From NCBI GenBank assembly GCA_017414535.1, contig JAFQMA010000044.1, positions 53,125 through 117,124 on the forward strand: DNA of 64,000 nucleotides, given 5' to 3'. The notes under the pieces were generated by a model. That model made no database searches, was not told the DNA's origin, and saw nothing but the letters and a program-made list of their open reading frames with translations. The DNA is from Clostridia bacterium (GTDB taxonomy: Bacteria; Bacillota; Clostridia; Oscillospirales; SIG627). A program made the translations under genes and the position numbers. Positions 62,847-64,000 of the stretch are shown here, piece by piece (the first letter of the stretch is position 1; every line of letters starts with the position of its first letter).

Positions 62847-64000
62847 GGTTTCACCTCTTTTCCAAGCAGATCGTATTCAATGGCCTCCTCAATGGAGACG
62901 GAAAGATATTCGCCCACGGGAATGTTTTTTCTCGGAGAGGAGAAATAGACCACGCCGTCGATATCGGGAGCCTGGAAGGCGGCTCTGCCGAAATAGCGCT
63001 TGATGCCCGGATCCCAGCCCTCGCAGACTACCTCCAGCGTTTTGCCGACAAAGCCCTCGTTATAGGCCTCGGTAATGGGAAGCTGGGTCTGCATGATGGA
63101 GGAAAGACGTCCCTCGCGGGTCTTTTTGGTGGTCTTATTGGGCATATCGTAGGCAGGAGTCCCCTCCTCTCTCGAGTAGAGAAAGGCACCCAAATGGAAG
63201 AATCTCGCTTCCTTCACGAAGTGAGACAGAAGGGAGAAATCCTTATCCTTCTCACCGGGGAAGCCCACCATGACCGTGGTGCGGATGGCGATATCGGGCA
63301 TGTAGCGGCGAAGAAGGGCAATGGAATTGCGAATGGCCTCGCTTCCGCCGTGGCGGTTCATGGCGGAAAGCACGTCATCGGACACGTGCTGGATGGGGAT
63401 GTCAATGTATTTGCAGACGTTGTCATGAGATGCCATGACGCGGCACAGCTCCTCGGTGACCTTATCGGGGTAAGCGTAAAGGATGCGGATGCGACGGAAG
63501 CCCAGCTCGTCTGCGGCAAGCTTTTCCAAAAGCTCGGGAAGAGCCAAGCGGCCGTAGAGATCCTTTCCGTAGAGAGTGGTATCCTGCGCTACGAGACAAA
63601 GCTCGCGGATGCCCATGTGGGAAAGGGTGCGAGCCTCCTCCACCAGTGCCTCCATGGTGCGGGAACGAAAGGCACCGCGAATGCCGGGAATGGCGCAGTA
63701 AGCACAGCGGTTATCACAGCCCTCGGCAATGCGAAGATAGGCGAAGGTTTCGTGGGTGACCACTCTGTCCCCTTCCAGCTCCAGCGTCTCAGGCTCGGAG
63801 TGGCGGAAATACCGTTCTCCCTGCATGACCCTTTCGATGGCCTCGCAAATATGAACCTCGTCCCCCAAAGAAAGGGCCGCATCCACCTCGGGCAGCTGCT
63901 CCTGCAGCTCGGTAAAATAACGCTGGGCCATACAGCCCGTGACGATGATACCGCGAAGGCTTCGGTTTTCCTTGAGCCAAGCCAGATCCAAAATGTTTTC
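62843..64000 (-). CDS. rimO: ribosomal protein S12 methylthiotransferase RimO (N-terminus outside the window)
   Basis: Radical-SAM CDNRCAYC motif and a C-terminal TRAM domain. The reading frame continues through nt 64000, and the 'M' at 63991 is an internal TTG. rimO-pgsA synteny. Confidence 0.85.
   Translation of the reverse strand, partial: ENILDLAWLKENRSLRGIIVTGCMAQRYFTELQEQLPEVDAALSLGDEVHICEAIERVMQGERYFRHSEPETLELEGDRVVTHETFAYLRIAEGCDNRCAYCAIPGIRGAFRSRTMEALVEEARTLSHMGIRELCLVAQDTTLYGKDLYGRLALPELLEKLAADELGFRRIRILYAYPDKVTEELCRVMASHDNVCKYIDIPIQHVSDDVLSAMNRHGGSEAIRNSIALLRRYMPDIAIRTTVMVGFPGEKDKDFSLLSHFVKEARFFHLGAFLYSREEGTPAYDMPNKTTKKTREGRLSSIMQTQLPITEAYNEGFVGKTLEVVCEGWDPGIKRYFGRAAFQAPDIDGVVYFSSPRKNIPVGEYLSVSIEEAIEYDLLGKEVKP

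Overview
64-kb chromosomal segment from a GC-rich, endospore-forming Firmicute. Gene content and order indicate class Clostridia; finer taxonomy cannot be fixed from sequence alone. I saw no rRNA or tRNA genes, CRISPR arrays, transposases or integrases. The window has three blocks. (i) 0-7 kb: a marR-like gene, a lipoate-protein ligase and radA. These are followed by the conserved mazG-hup-yabO-yabP-yabQ-divIC block, an M23/LytM (SpoIIQ-like) gene and an orphan gene. (ii) 7.1-23.5 kb is the outlier. Eight consecutive minus-strand genes (seven single-module genes plus one 1756-aa three-module gene) carry ten copies of a ~400-aa module I cannot assign to a named family. All ten copies keep invariant Cys and His motifs laid out like NlpC/P60-CHAP papain-fold hydrolases. 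Six genes encode lipoproteins with acidic or Thr/Pro/Lys-rich linkers. The block also holds an unannotated 47-aa ORF and a divergent 'signal peptide plus linker only' mini-lipoprotein gene. (iii) 23.5-64 kb is core genome. It holds a sipL/spoVID-like gene, uninterrupted sigK, ppx, rplS-lepB-rbgA-rnhB-yraN and spoIIIAA-AH. Next comes a DUF5685 / cysteine-string J-protein / membrane-protein / dGTPase / MBL / CAP-lipoprotein gene string. It then holds a dcw cluster (mraZ to ftsZ, without murD or ftsA), coaD-rsmD-uvrC, ptsH, cinA, cysS, pgsA and partial rimO. The many long ORFs antisense to these genes are treated as shadow ORFs. All family assignments come from motif recognition by eye; no database search was run.
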